64,000 nucleotides of DNA from Pseudovirgaria hyperparasitica (Eukaryota): the NCBI GenBank assembly GCA_010093815.1, contig ML996569.1; one strand, given 5' to 3'. The notes beneath the pieces were generated by a model. That model was not told the DNA's origin. It did not search any database and worked only from the letters and a program-made list of their open reading frames with translations. Both the position numbers and the translations under genes were made by a program. This document shows, piece after piece, positions 37,044 to 48,713 of this stretch (its first letter is position 1; each line of letters begins with the position of its first letter).

Positions 37044-38001
37044 GTGCCTAACAATGTGTGAGTAGGCAGACGGTCTAGGGGAACTGAATACTGAAAACCT
37101 GTATTGCTTGAGCCTAATAATCAGATGCAAGAGGGATACTTTAAAAATATAGAGATGAAGAAAGACGTTTGCCTGTTACCCGTCCCATGCACTTCGAAAT
37201 TGCAACCTCTGGGATACAATGTCTGTCAGATACTACATACTACAAGTGAAGAGGGCCGCCGCCTGCTAAGAGCCTAGAATAGACCAACCACGGCAAGCGA
37301 CTCAGGAGTCTTGCAACGTTGATCTTTTCGTCGTCGTAGCAAAATGCACCTGAGTGGCTAAGCGATTACAATATACATAGCTGATCGCCCCGCTCGGCAG
37401 ATGAGTTCGCGTTTATGCAAATAGTCGGTGGTAGCATGACCAGTCCTTAGCACCGCACCGGTGGTCTTAGAAAGGATTTCAGCAAGACTAGGGTGAGTCT
37501 GAAAGGAAGACACTGCACTACGAGTATCTGCCGTTCAGGCGCTTAACCGCGCGGTCTAAATGCCAGTATGTTCCTAGACTATCTAGACTCCAGGGCGGGA
37601 AAGTACGTACCTAGTAAGCCGTGAGTATCTACAAAGAAAGTTCTCGGCATTATTGGCCTAAAGGTCCCAAAGATCGTATGAGCTGGGTCGGCTCGAGTGA
37701 TTTCGGGTTTTCGGACCGAAACCAAAGTCTTTGTACGATATTAGACGCATCGATGTGGTGTATGCAAGGTGAACAAAGCCTTTACCCAACAGAGTTTGGG
37801 TGCATCAATAACAGCCACTTAGGATCAGCGGTCCCAGCATGTAATAAAATAAGGGCACATCAATCGCGTTCATGTCCTGGTTTGGACAGATTTGGCGAGT
37901 GGACCGAGCAGAGCGTCCAAGGGAACAAGACAGCGGTCTCCCAACGTCTTTCCTGGGGGTGTTTGTGTGACGGAGAATCTGACGGAAGGATTGGACACAT
38001 A

Positions 38002-38244
38002 TCATTATGGCGCTGGTAATGGTCCCTTCACCCCCTGCCCTAGCCACGTGTCGACTACGGCTGCATGCGGGGTGGCTTGCATGATGCCGTGGGGACGAAG
38101 GAAGCGGAAATCCCCGCCTGTTTTCAGTGGCTCTCACTCTCGGCCTCGAACATGCCTCGGTGACGGGGCCGGGTGCGAAGGAGAAAGGGGCAAAGAGCGA
38201 GCGGCAAAGGGACGGCGCGAGCACACCGCCATCTTACCATGAGC
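38002..38244 (+). ncRNA. Candidate structured non-coding RNA, family unassigned
   Basis: GC-rich island with nested complementary helices and pairing termini, with no convincing ORF. The strand is inferred from G-U pairs and is tentative. Confidence 0.35.
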
Positions 38245-38539
38245 AGCGTAGCAACTTAGGCTAGTCTTAGGGTCTATTCGAGGGTTGGGACATGGAATTA
38301 ATGTGATTGTGTTGGAGGCCCGCCGGGATAGATAATTTGATGACAAGAGAAATTCCTGCATCGGCTCTTTCTCCACCATATGCGCCTAGACCCACACCAA
38401 TAAAAACAACCGGTCTGCCATAGTAGTTCCTTGGCTCACGTATGAGGAGAGCAAGAGTTGTATTGGTATACGCGGCTCGTTGTTTGATCACGCCGCATTA
38501 CGATATCTTATTCACTGTAGGATATGCTAGTTCCTGCGA

Positions 38540-40632
38540 CTACACTTCATCACCTAAGCCTATAGGCCCTCGTCCAACCATATCCTTGATAGTCATCTTC
38601 ACGTATTCATCCTCAGCTCCGGCAGTTATCGCAGACCAGCTCTTTTCTCGAGCCTGTCCCTGAATAGTCTCGTCGTCAAATGTGATTGTCGAGTTATCGG
38701 CGCGGACATGGCGGGAATAACCGCTAATATCGTCAAAATACACTAGCTTTTGCTCTGTACTTCCAAAACCTGCGGCTCTTGACTCGGCCGGTATCGAGTA
38801 GTAGGTAGCAGTGCCGTTCTGGTGAGTGCTTAGGGTACTTTCGCTTTGCAGATTGCTGTGACCGTATGATTCGTCGAGAAGAAACCAAAGTGCACCAGAT
38901 GATTTCACATCTTTGCCGCGGTCCATGGTGGCCTGAAGAGTGAAATTGTCGCTGTCTGGGAACGACATGTAGCGAGACGCGACCATAATCGGGTAGCTGA
39001 ACGAACTAGAGTATGGAGACAGGCGCTCGATATTTGAGGCGGCCATCCCATTGGTCTTCTGCATGTTCAACTGGTCGTTGCCTGAATTGCTGAAGTTGCC
39101 AACGTTAGAATATGTGACCCTTTGAGACCACGTCGCGCCGTACGTTCCACTTGAAGTTTGGATCGTCGCGCTTATGTCAAGAGAGCGGTCTACGTTTACG
39201 TGGTAGTCAAGCGTTGAATTCGTGCCGTTGGTCGCTTGGCCAACTTTTGAGGCTAGAGCTATGAGTGCTGGTGGAGATTGGATGATTGGGCCAGTCCCAG
39301 ATGTAACGTAACCATCTTCGTCAGACCAAATGAAAATCTTTCCAGTCACGACCCAATTCGACGCAACTGTCTCAGTCAAGCGCGCATTTCCTTTCCCGTC
39401 ATCGCTTATGCCTGCCACTCGGATCTCGAATCTATGCTTGCCACCGTCGCAAAGCAATGGCAGGAACGGCGTGATGTCGATCCCATCTTCAATCAAGTCG
39501 AATGCATCGATGCCTACAATCGGTCTCCAGAGGCCTGGAACGACACCACCGGTAAATATAACCGGGAACGGCCAAGTAATGCCCGCTATAATACCATCGA
39601 TGAGCAGCTGTACTTCTCGGAATGGGGAGTATCCGTTGAGCGTCGTGCCGTTGAAAGTCGCTGTATCAGAAGAGAGAACGTTAGACCACCAGAACTCTTC
39701 GGCTGCTTGACCGCACGCAGATATGGAGAACACAGCTCGTCTGACGTTCTGTGGGAGCATTAAGTCATTAGTAGCTACGGCGTCTGGCACAATGAAAGCG
39801 CTTGGTTTGTCTACAGCCCCCTGACGAGCGGAAACAGGTATGATGAGGTCTGCAGCCTGCAAAGGTGAACTCTCCTTGAAAAACATGGCCGTAAGTGTGG
39901 TGTTGAATGGTGCAGTATAGACATCATTGATGAGATTTCCGAGATCAAAGATGATCCTCTGAGGCTCTTTGAAGAGCGCTAAAACGTGGCTCATGTCTTT
40001 CAAATATGTCCACTCGATGCCGGTCGATGTTGGCTCCGCAGTGGACAGTCGCCAAATCTCCGTATCGTTGAGATACATTAGTCCAAGCCGGTCGAATTGC
40101 CTCCCAGCGGAGGTCACAGTGAAGTTGAAGGTGACACGGTTGAAGTCACATAGCGGTGGTACATAATCGCCTGTGACAAGGTTACTAAGCTGCGAGAGTA
40201 ATGGTTTTTTGAGATAGCATGTCATGAAAGACGTCAAACTAGTGAAAGATGCTTACCAAGGAATGGGTTACCATAGCTATTGGCAAATGAGTGTACCATC
40301 AATACCTGCGTACATAAGGCATCCACAGGTGTTTCAACTGGCGGCGATACCTGGAAGCACTCCAGTATGGCAGCGGCCGGAGTGGAAGCTCGCGCGGTGA
40401 GTACATTGAGCGAGGAAATGAATACAGTATTACCAGTAATGGATATAAGGTAGGTCATACAAACCAAAAAAGAGAATGCGGAAGCGAGGACCCAGTAACG
40501 CTGAAATGGATAATGGCTGGGTTGTGTCTGCTGCTGGTGTTCAGATCTCATCGGACGATGACCATGATGCTCGATGTTCTTTCCATCCAAGAAGATGACC
40601 ATTCTGTCCAAACTCTTCCGTCCTGGATCCAT
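38540..40632 (-). CDS. Peptide-N4-(N-acetyl-beta-glucosaminyl)asparagine amidase A (PNGase A family)
   Basis: LECFQVSPPV...LMVHSFANSYGNPF|GDYVPP...GRQFDRL...EEFWWSNV...SPFREVQLLIDG...WPFPVIFTGGVVPGLWRPIVGIDAFD; intron 40171-40256; N-terminal hydrophobic anchor. Confidence 0.92.
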
Positions 40633-41036
40633 ACTAGATTAAGATCAAGCGAGCTTTTGGAGACTTGAAAAAACGTATAACGGTAAAGAAGAAAACGCTA
40701 ATGATGATTACAATGATACGATGGCAGATACGAGACGTGCTAAAAGACGAACGCCTGGACCCCGCAGAATGATGCTACCGCTCTGAATGGTGGTGAAAGA
40801 GATGGAGTTGCGCCACTGAGATAACGCGGTTGCAGCCAGGTTCAAAGTCGCATCCCAAGGCTCCAGTAGAGACTGGATTCGCTGCTATTCTACCTCAGAG
40901 TAGAAGTCTGCACAGCAATCAACACGGCCGTTTGATCATTGACTCCTAGTATGGTAAGTCATATACAACGCGAGACAGGGCTTGTCACTACACACCTGCA
41001 ATGGAATGCTTAAACAGATGAATGGGATATAATGTA

Positions 41037-41321
41037 TTAGCCGTGTGAGCCGTACGTGTTCCAGTATCTCCGTATTGCTTGTCGCGCGAGCTCACTTTGC
41101 TCGAATCTTGCGCGATAGTAGTTGAATAGTGAGAACTCGTCTCTGGACAAGAGATAGCTCGCCGGGCGGGCGTTGAGTCGTGTCCAAAGTTCCTGTAGAC
41201 AACTCTCGAGGAAGTGTGCAATATCTGGATGGATGCCTGTGTCGCTATTTCGTGCAATTTCGAGGGCCTGGGGCATTGAGAGGACGCCGTAGCCAATTAT
41301 ATACGGACTGTACCATCCCAT
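41037..41321 (-). CDS. Small fungal hypothetical protein (about 94 aa)
   Basis: MGWYSP...QALEIARNS...LESCLQELWTRLNARPASYLLSRDEFSLFNYYRARF...AIRRYW reads as a helical protein, with a TATA-like box at about 41535. Confidence 0.65.
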   Translation of the reverse strand: MGWYSPYIIGYGVLSMPQALEIARNSDTGIHPDIAHFLESCLQELWTRLNARPASYLLSRDEFSLFNYYRARFEQSELARQAIRRYWNTYGSHG

Positions 41322-44300
41322 CGCTGTCTGAGTGCAATGTAGGGGGGGATACTGTGATGCGATCGTCGCGGGCAGTGCTAGAGCGTGTAGGGAAGGCGGC
41401 AGGGACACTAGACAGGTATGCAGCGCTCTATTAACGACCACGACAGTGATTTGCGACAATGCCGGACAGAGAAGAAACAGACCACGACAAACAAACTCCA
41501 CCGCCGGTTCGGGGACGAGGGCAAAGCGAATGCTATATAACACCCAGACAAGAAGAAGGATCCCAATTCCACGTGGAAGTCTACCAGGCTGATCCCGCCC
41601 ATCTCGCTCGGACAAAGGAAAAAAGGTTTATGCCACCGGCTCAGGCGAAACTGCCCTTGGGCTTAGGTACCCACTCGGAGGAACAACAGATGGCTCGTTT
41701 CTGGTTGCAAACGGTTGTAATTCCACGCTTCATACAAAGGCTAGGATGCTTGCAATGCTAGGGACCCTCATCCTTGTATACCAAGCTCCTGTCGCCCCGG
41801 GTTCGCGTTGTTCACTAGCCTAGATATAGTCCATGATCATATATGACAATATGATATTAGCCGCTCTGAAAGTGACTAGGGACTAGAGGCCTGGGGAGTA
41901 TCAGGGCTAATGTGCCCGTACTCTAAGCGTGCATAGCGGCTCGCCGAAGAAATGGGGTACAAGGTCTACTACTAACGTTATAATAGCATATACTTTTGTC
42001 TGCCGTATCGCACACAGGTCCTCCACTATGTTGAAGTCTCAACGGACTTCGGGTTGAGGCATAGGCATGTGCTCAAATTCAGCCGGGGACTGAGCAGGTC
42101 CAATATGAGGCCTGAAGACATGGCTGTTGATATGCTAGTCGGCAAGCGCGTTTGATGCCGTGTGCCTGTTCATTCTCCGAGTCGACGTCGGCGCAACAAC
42201 GGGATCGCGTGAGAAGATTCTCGCAGGAGGCTGCAGGGGGAGCGTAAGAGGACCAGGGGCCTGTCGTGGGATGAAATAAGGTTACAGGATGCTGTGATTG
42301 TGGCACATTGGCATTCCGGGGCCAGCAGCATCAGCACCAGCGGAAGGACGTGGACAGCGACACTCAGACAAGACTGGTGCAAAGGCAAAAATGCAAAAGA
42401 GGCCATGCAACACAACGTTTCGCGCGCTTGTCCGAGGGCCGTGCTCCTGAGCGAGAGTGGATATCGAGTGGAGAAAGTGGCCTCCGAGGCTCCACCCAGT
42501 GACTCGGTTGATGCAGTTGATGCAAGGCGAACCAACAACGGGGCATCTGTCAGCTTGCTCCTTGTTGATCAAGTGAATCGTCTGCGCACTCGACAGGGAA
42601 CTCCCTGGCTGTCACATCCGCTTGTGGTTTAGTATCAACGGGCCCCATGCAAACGGTTTGGTGGTCTTATGCAGAGAGTGTTTCATGGCACGAGAATCCA
42701 TGCTTGCTACCTTATACATCAACGTGCTGTGTACAAGACTTTTATTACACCGGACTTGTCGGCGTGCTGAGGAGATGTATTCCTTTCAAGCTACCTTAGT
42801 ATTTCGATAGTGAGTACATAGTAATTCAAGGGAACCCCGTTGATGGTGTTTTCTCTTTCATCTTTGCTGAACATCTGGTTGAAACTTATGTGCTGTGCGC
42901 CAAACTTAAGATTTCCAATAAGTCAGTCATCAACAGACTCATCAAGGGCAACATATGGGACAGACTGAGATATCATCAGATGCTAGGATGGCAGGGTGTG
43001 TTGAACTGAAGCTCCAGTATTATCATCTCCTCCCTAGTTTGCATCATCTCCGAGCAGGACATGGAGATGATAGACGGTATATGGGCGGGACATGGGCCCC
43101 CAGCGTAAGCTGCCCTGCAATATGATGTTGTGCTATGGTAAAGATGAACTGTATTGAAGTCGATGTGTGCATAATTTGAACAAACTCGACCCTTGTCTTA
43201 TGAGTGCTATCGAGTGCGTACACAGTATTAGTAGTCGACAACAGCAATCCAAGGCTCAGGCTAACTGGACTCCCAGGGACTTGGCACAAGCTCTCTCCTT
43301 CTCTCCGACGTGCACCCCGCTTCTCCAGGTGTATTGATTCACTCTCTCGCATCTACCGAGAGTAGCGGTACGAGAACGAACCAGCCACACGGCACACGCC
43401 GCGGGACTCTTCTGCACTCTGGTGGGTCCATCACTACTGTTGAGACTTTAAAGAGAGACGTCACAGAACGTCTAGCCTTTTCCTTAACTCTGTAGCTCAT
43501 TGCCCTACCTAGCCGCGCCTGCGCCGCACATCTTTCTTTTGGGCATGAATCCTGGAAGCATTTGGTGCTGGGCACCACCTTTTGGGAGTCTTCTCTCATC
43601 CTAGGATCCATCATCTCTCCCTCATTCAGTTTCGGTAACTCCCTCTATGATCATGATGGCTTCATCAGGTCCGTAGTTCCGTTTATGGCGCATAATAGCG
43701 CCATGTTTTCTTCCTAACGCGTGGAGAGCGGCCTCATTCAGCATTCGAAAGCCTTTCAACACAGCGAGCTTTCGCCTATTCAACTTACCAAGTCTCAGAC
43801 ATTACCGTTACTTAGGTGCCCTATCTGCTGTAGAAGTGGTAGTAGATATGGCCGTTCTACTGGCACTGAGATACAAGTGTGGCACTCTGGGCTCGCTGAA
43901 TCCAGAATGGAAACCTTAATAAAGCCTTTTGCTGCCTACAACACAAATTGACGTACCCTTTCGGCTAGATTCAATCCCTTTCGCCTCGAACGAATCAAGA
44001 AAGATCACAGGTCCCTCTTTGAGAATTACCTTTAACCGCCGTCCCTCATGCAGACGACAAGGTGGGTGCAAGTAGAGTTTGGCCGCGTCAAGCGTAAGGT
44101 TCATACATTTATTACTTCATCACTCTATCTCACCAATGGTCGAATGCGAGGGTAATTCAAGACAACCAATCTCTTCTGATTGGCAAAGACCAGTTATAAG
44201 ACGCAGATATCGCCGTGGGTTGCTGTCCTATTTCTTCCTTCCTTATGGTGTCCTCAGACAGTTCTGGCGCATCCGCAATCTTCATATCATGATTCTACAA

Positions 44301-46113
44301 ATTGTTGAATTTCGCCGCATATGCAAAGAGCCAGCGACTCGCCTGGGTTCTTGTCGTTCAGAGTATTTACGGTGCCATGTGCCATGATACAAAGTCAAAT
44401 GGAGGCCTTCCAAGCTCCGCAAAAGGTTCCACCAGTTTGCAAGACATGCTGAAATTTTCCCGATACCAACCCACGTAGGGTCCCAGGCGTTATTATGTGC
44501 TCCATGAAATGGCAGGATTCGTGTGTGCACATTGCTAAGCGACATCGTGACTCGCATTTAGGAAAGAATAGATAATCGGTGTGCCATTCCTGGAAGGCGT
44601 TAGAGATCATTCCGCTATTTTAGATGAGTATATTTTTGCTCATCCAGTTACGCTACGTGAGCGAAACAACCTGAGTATTGCGGACCCTAACTGTATTATG
44701 GTTGCTTCTGAAACGGTGCGCAACATCCTTTGCGCACAAGCTCGTTCGAAGCATGGATCTCGGAAATTGACAAGACTGTGTGATGACTTCGCCAGAAAAC
44801 CAGCATGCCCTTGCTATGCAGCCCCAATATATACGTGGTATGCATGCCTGGACGCGCTCTGCTTTCCATCATGGGTCACAGACCTGGTCACATGGACACC
44901 GTGCCAAGAAAGAGGCCACATATATGTCGTGCATACTAGGTATAAGGTGAGCATCACCTGTCGTATGGTAATATTACCGTATCGACAGTTGCCCGTCAGT
45001 TTTTAGCGAGGGAGTTTCCGGGGCACTGTGCTACAGTCTCATCTTGATCGATCCAGTCTTTTACAAATCACGGACTTACAATTGCGCGCTGCGCACTTTT
45101 TATCTCGATACCATGGATGCAAGGAATGGGTTGTCCTGGAACTGGAGACGAACTTAGAGCCGATAAGAGAGGAAACTGTGCACTAAAGAGATTTCCGTGT
45201 AGTTTCTCTTGATATGGGTGTTACAGTTATTCCTAAGGTGCATTCGGTACCACTCGGTAACCGACCAAGTAGCAAAGCTGGGATAATTGAGAGTCATTGA
45301 CTTTGCCCTGCTTGGTTTGCCATCTCATTTCGTGGTTGGTGAGCCAGCTACTCAACGCAACGCATGGTGATGCTCTCTTCGCCATCTCATGACGGTATTA
45401 CTGCGACGCATTCTGGGTAACGGTCTCGCTGTAATGATGCTTGCCTGTATGACTACTTGGAGTCAGCACAATCGACTTGATTCCGCGATTCCTTAGTTGG
45501 CGTTATGATGCCGCGTTTTATATAATGTCCCAAGAGTGTTAACAGAGGAACCCGACATATCGTATTTCCTGGGCGCGTGAGACTAAAACCCAAGATATGA
45601 GGCCACCTTTGCTGGTACACGGCCGGAGACTGTAGACAGACACGACTTACGGTGCTTTTGCTTGTGAAAGTCACATCTCATATATCGAATATAGTAGACG
45701 GCAGATGGATATACGACGCGCGGGCGGCGCGTCCACTTCATTGCTCTTCGAGAACTGCCCAGTTTTGGTTCCCGGATGACGTTCGTCTTGGCGTTACTTC
45801 CCCTAAACCTGTCCTCTAAAATAAGTAGGACCAGAAACGTGGGCACGCGAGAGCATCGACTTCATCACATGTTATTTTTCTTTCACGAACCCCTTTTGTC
45901 GTATATCTATTTGACCTTTTCAATCGCAAAGTCTTGTCCTCTACGACCTACAATTGTCACTCGTCCGTCCTCGGAAGCCTGCGCTCAAAGGTAGCGCTGT
46001 CTGAGGCTTTATCTCCCCCTTGAGCAACTACTATTACATCCAGCAGAGAACAATTGCACACCTCCATCCACCTACATTTGCCAATTCATCTCCCTTCCAG
46101 CGTACGTTAAAAG

Positions 46114-47573
46114 ATGCCTCCGAAACGAAAACGGGCGAACACTGCGGCCTCGACTCGATCAGCTCGGTCGATAAGAGATGCCGTGCTGGATGTAGCGCAA
46201 CCATCATCGAGGGACGCCTCGGAAGAAGATGCACAAGACCTGGTGCTACAGGATGTCAGTCAAAGGAAGTCAGATCAGGTCAATCCGTCGAAGCGTTCAC
46301 GGTCTGCCAATGTCGATGCACCGTCTGAAGACGCCGAAGATGCTGATGCTGACGATGATGATACTGCCCCTAAGAGACAGAGAAAGAACACTGGTCCGTC
46401 CCTGCGGGACATGGAGGAAATCCTAGAGCACGGTGAGAACGGCGAGCGAGGTACCATGGGAATGACGCCTCCGCCGAAGGCTGGCACCGTGGACCCAGTG
46501 GGATATAAGACAAATCCACCGCCGAAAGGACGTCCTGTTCGTATATACGCTGATGGAGTTTTCGACTTGTTCCATCTTGGACATATGAGGGTATTGCAAC
46601 AAGCCAAGACTGCGTTCCCTGAAGTTCACTTGATCGTCGGAGTCACTGGTGACAAGGAGACGCATAGACGAAAGGGTTTGACAGTTCTATCAGCAAAAGA
46701 GCGCGCAGAGAGCGTCCGCCACTGCAAGTGGGTGGATGAGGTAGTCGAAGACTGCCCCTGGGTCATCACTGATGCCCCAGGCTTTCTAGAGAAGCATAAA
46801 ATTGATTACGTAGCGCATGATGATCTACCCTACGGTGCAGACGAAGGCGATGACATCTACGCTCCTATAAAGCAGAAGGGTATGTTCTTGGTCACCGCCA
46901 GGACAGAGGGCGTTAGCACAACTGGCATCATTACAAAGTACCACTCTCGTTATTGCCAATACATAGTTAAACTTTACTAATGATTGAACTTAGAATCGTC
47001 AAAGATTACGACAAGTACATCTCGCGGCAGCTCAAGAGAGGAACACCGCGTCAAGAACTTAACGTGTCCTGGTTGAAGATGAACGAACTCGAGATCAAGC
47101 GCACGATGTCCGACCTGAGGAACAATATAAAGAGTAATTGGACAAATACTGGCTCTGAAGTCGGACGGGAGCTTCGGCAGTTCTGGTCCTCTCAGATCAG
47201 TCGCCCAGCCAGTCCTGCAAGGCCTTCAGCAGAGCTTGGCAATGGCGACTTGATGCCTTCGCCCAGGAATGCTGCTCTTGCCAATATCAGCCGCCTCGAC
47301 ATTCCTAGAAATCCTGGTGGTGCCCAATCTTCAGACTTCGTTGCAGGTTACAGTCTTGGCTTGATAGGTGGAGTCCGCTCTTGGGTACGTTATCTTGGCC
47401 CCTATTGGAACGCCACTAACAGTTTGAATCAGATGTCGCGCAATCGTCGTACACTCAACGAAAGCCGGCCTGAAAGCCCAACAAGTGATGACAGCTCTGG
47501 AGACCGCAGCCCCCATGCTGAGCCTTCACGTGGTAGACCAGGCAAGCGTGTACAGGACCAGGTACATGCGTAA
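46114..47573 (+). CDS. PCT1: Choline-phosphate cytidylyltransferase
   Basis: [18 protein letters not shown] (HXGH motif), [47 protein letters not shown]; introns 46938-46993 and 47385-47432. Confidence 0.95.
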
Positions 47574-48419
47574 CTCGGCGACAAAGCATGAGATCCGCCA
47601 GAAACACCCTCTCATCCCGTTTGGCGTGGTCAGGACTGTTTGCCTCCATCGTGTGAACACGATGAACACTCTACCGACGTATTGCTTGGTTGGGCGCACG
47701 GTGCGACCAAGCAAAGTAAGACTCTTACTCAATCCAGCAATTATTTTGTACAGCAAACCTGTCGGACCGTCCTAAATCATCACCCTAACACGCCTCGCTA
47801 CATTTCCGTTTCCTATCGATTGAAGAATAATTAGAGTTGTCTACGAATTGTAATCTGCTGAAAAAATAGACCGCATTTCCATTTCCCTCATCTGTTGTCA
47901 CTTTCTTGTTCAATTTGGCTGCGTCAGTGATGCTGAGACGGATGATCACGGAGCCCGATCGACCTGATTCTCTCCCATTGAGTGAAGCAGATTGCTAGCA
48001 ACTTCGTCGAGCAATCAGAAGCGTTATCCAAAATTGCCTGCCAACAAGCTGTCCAACACGCTGTCCAACAAGCTGTTTGAATGGCATACAGACAGTCGCG
48101 GAGGCGGCCGTTCTGCCGGCCATGGTCGAAAGCTTCACTCTTGTTTCGCGATGTTGGTAATTATATGACTGCAAGCGTCATTTGCTTTACATACCAACCA
48201 ATATTCACCTCAACAGACCCGTCCAGCAATATCTTTAGCTATAATCACTCTACTCGCATCAGGACGCCTCTCCACACAATATAAGGTGCCTTCAAATACC
48301 GGATCGTTCTTTTCGTGCTCACGCCCCGGAGCTATCACAAAGTCCTGGCATATCTTGCCAAGAAATCCAAGGATCTTCAGCGTGTACAATTCCGTATATT
48401 CACGTCATCGACTTAGCCC

Positions 48420-48713
48420 ATGTGTGTCATTTACTACATGCTGCACACCTGTGGATGTCCTCCGCAACCAGCCTTCAACGGGAGACATGGTCTTCAAACC
48501 CTATGTCAGACTGCTGTCACGCAAGGTCAGGCATGTCCACCTGGCATCAGGAATGAATCGATGACGTGGTCGGGAACGCTGTGTGGGATGTGTCAGCAAA
48601 CTCGAAGAGAGCGTATGATGAATCAAAGATTCACAGGATACGGAGGTTCTTATGGAGCCTGGGCTTATTCAGCAAACAGGAGTGTACCAGGATGGGCAAG
48701 GTGGAGAGTCTGA
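48420..48713 (+). CDS. Small Cys-rich, possibly zinc-binding hypothetical protein
   Basis: MCVIYYMLHTCGC...LC...ACP...LCGMC pattern, similar to the MC-x-CGC/H...CxxC small fungal proteins. Confidence 0.5.
   Translation: MCVIYYMLHTCGCPPQPAFNGRHGLQTLCQTAVTQGQACPPGIRNESMTWSGTLCGMCQQTRRERMMNQRFTGYGGSYGAWAYSANRSVPGWARWRV

Noticed and set aside
38005..38030. SRP Alu-like start or TPP riboswitch-like ACCAGCG motif
   Set aside because: The SRP helix-8 motif and the TPP CUGAGA core are both absent.
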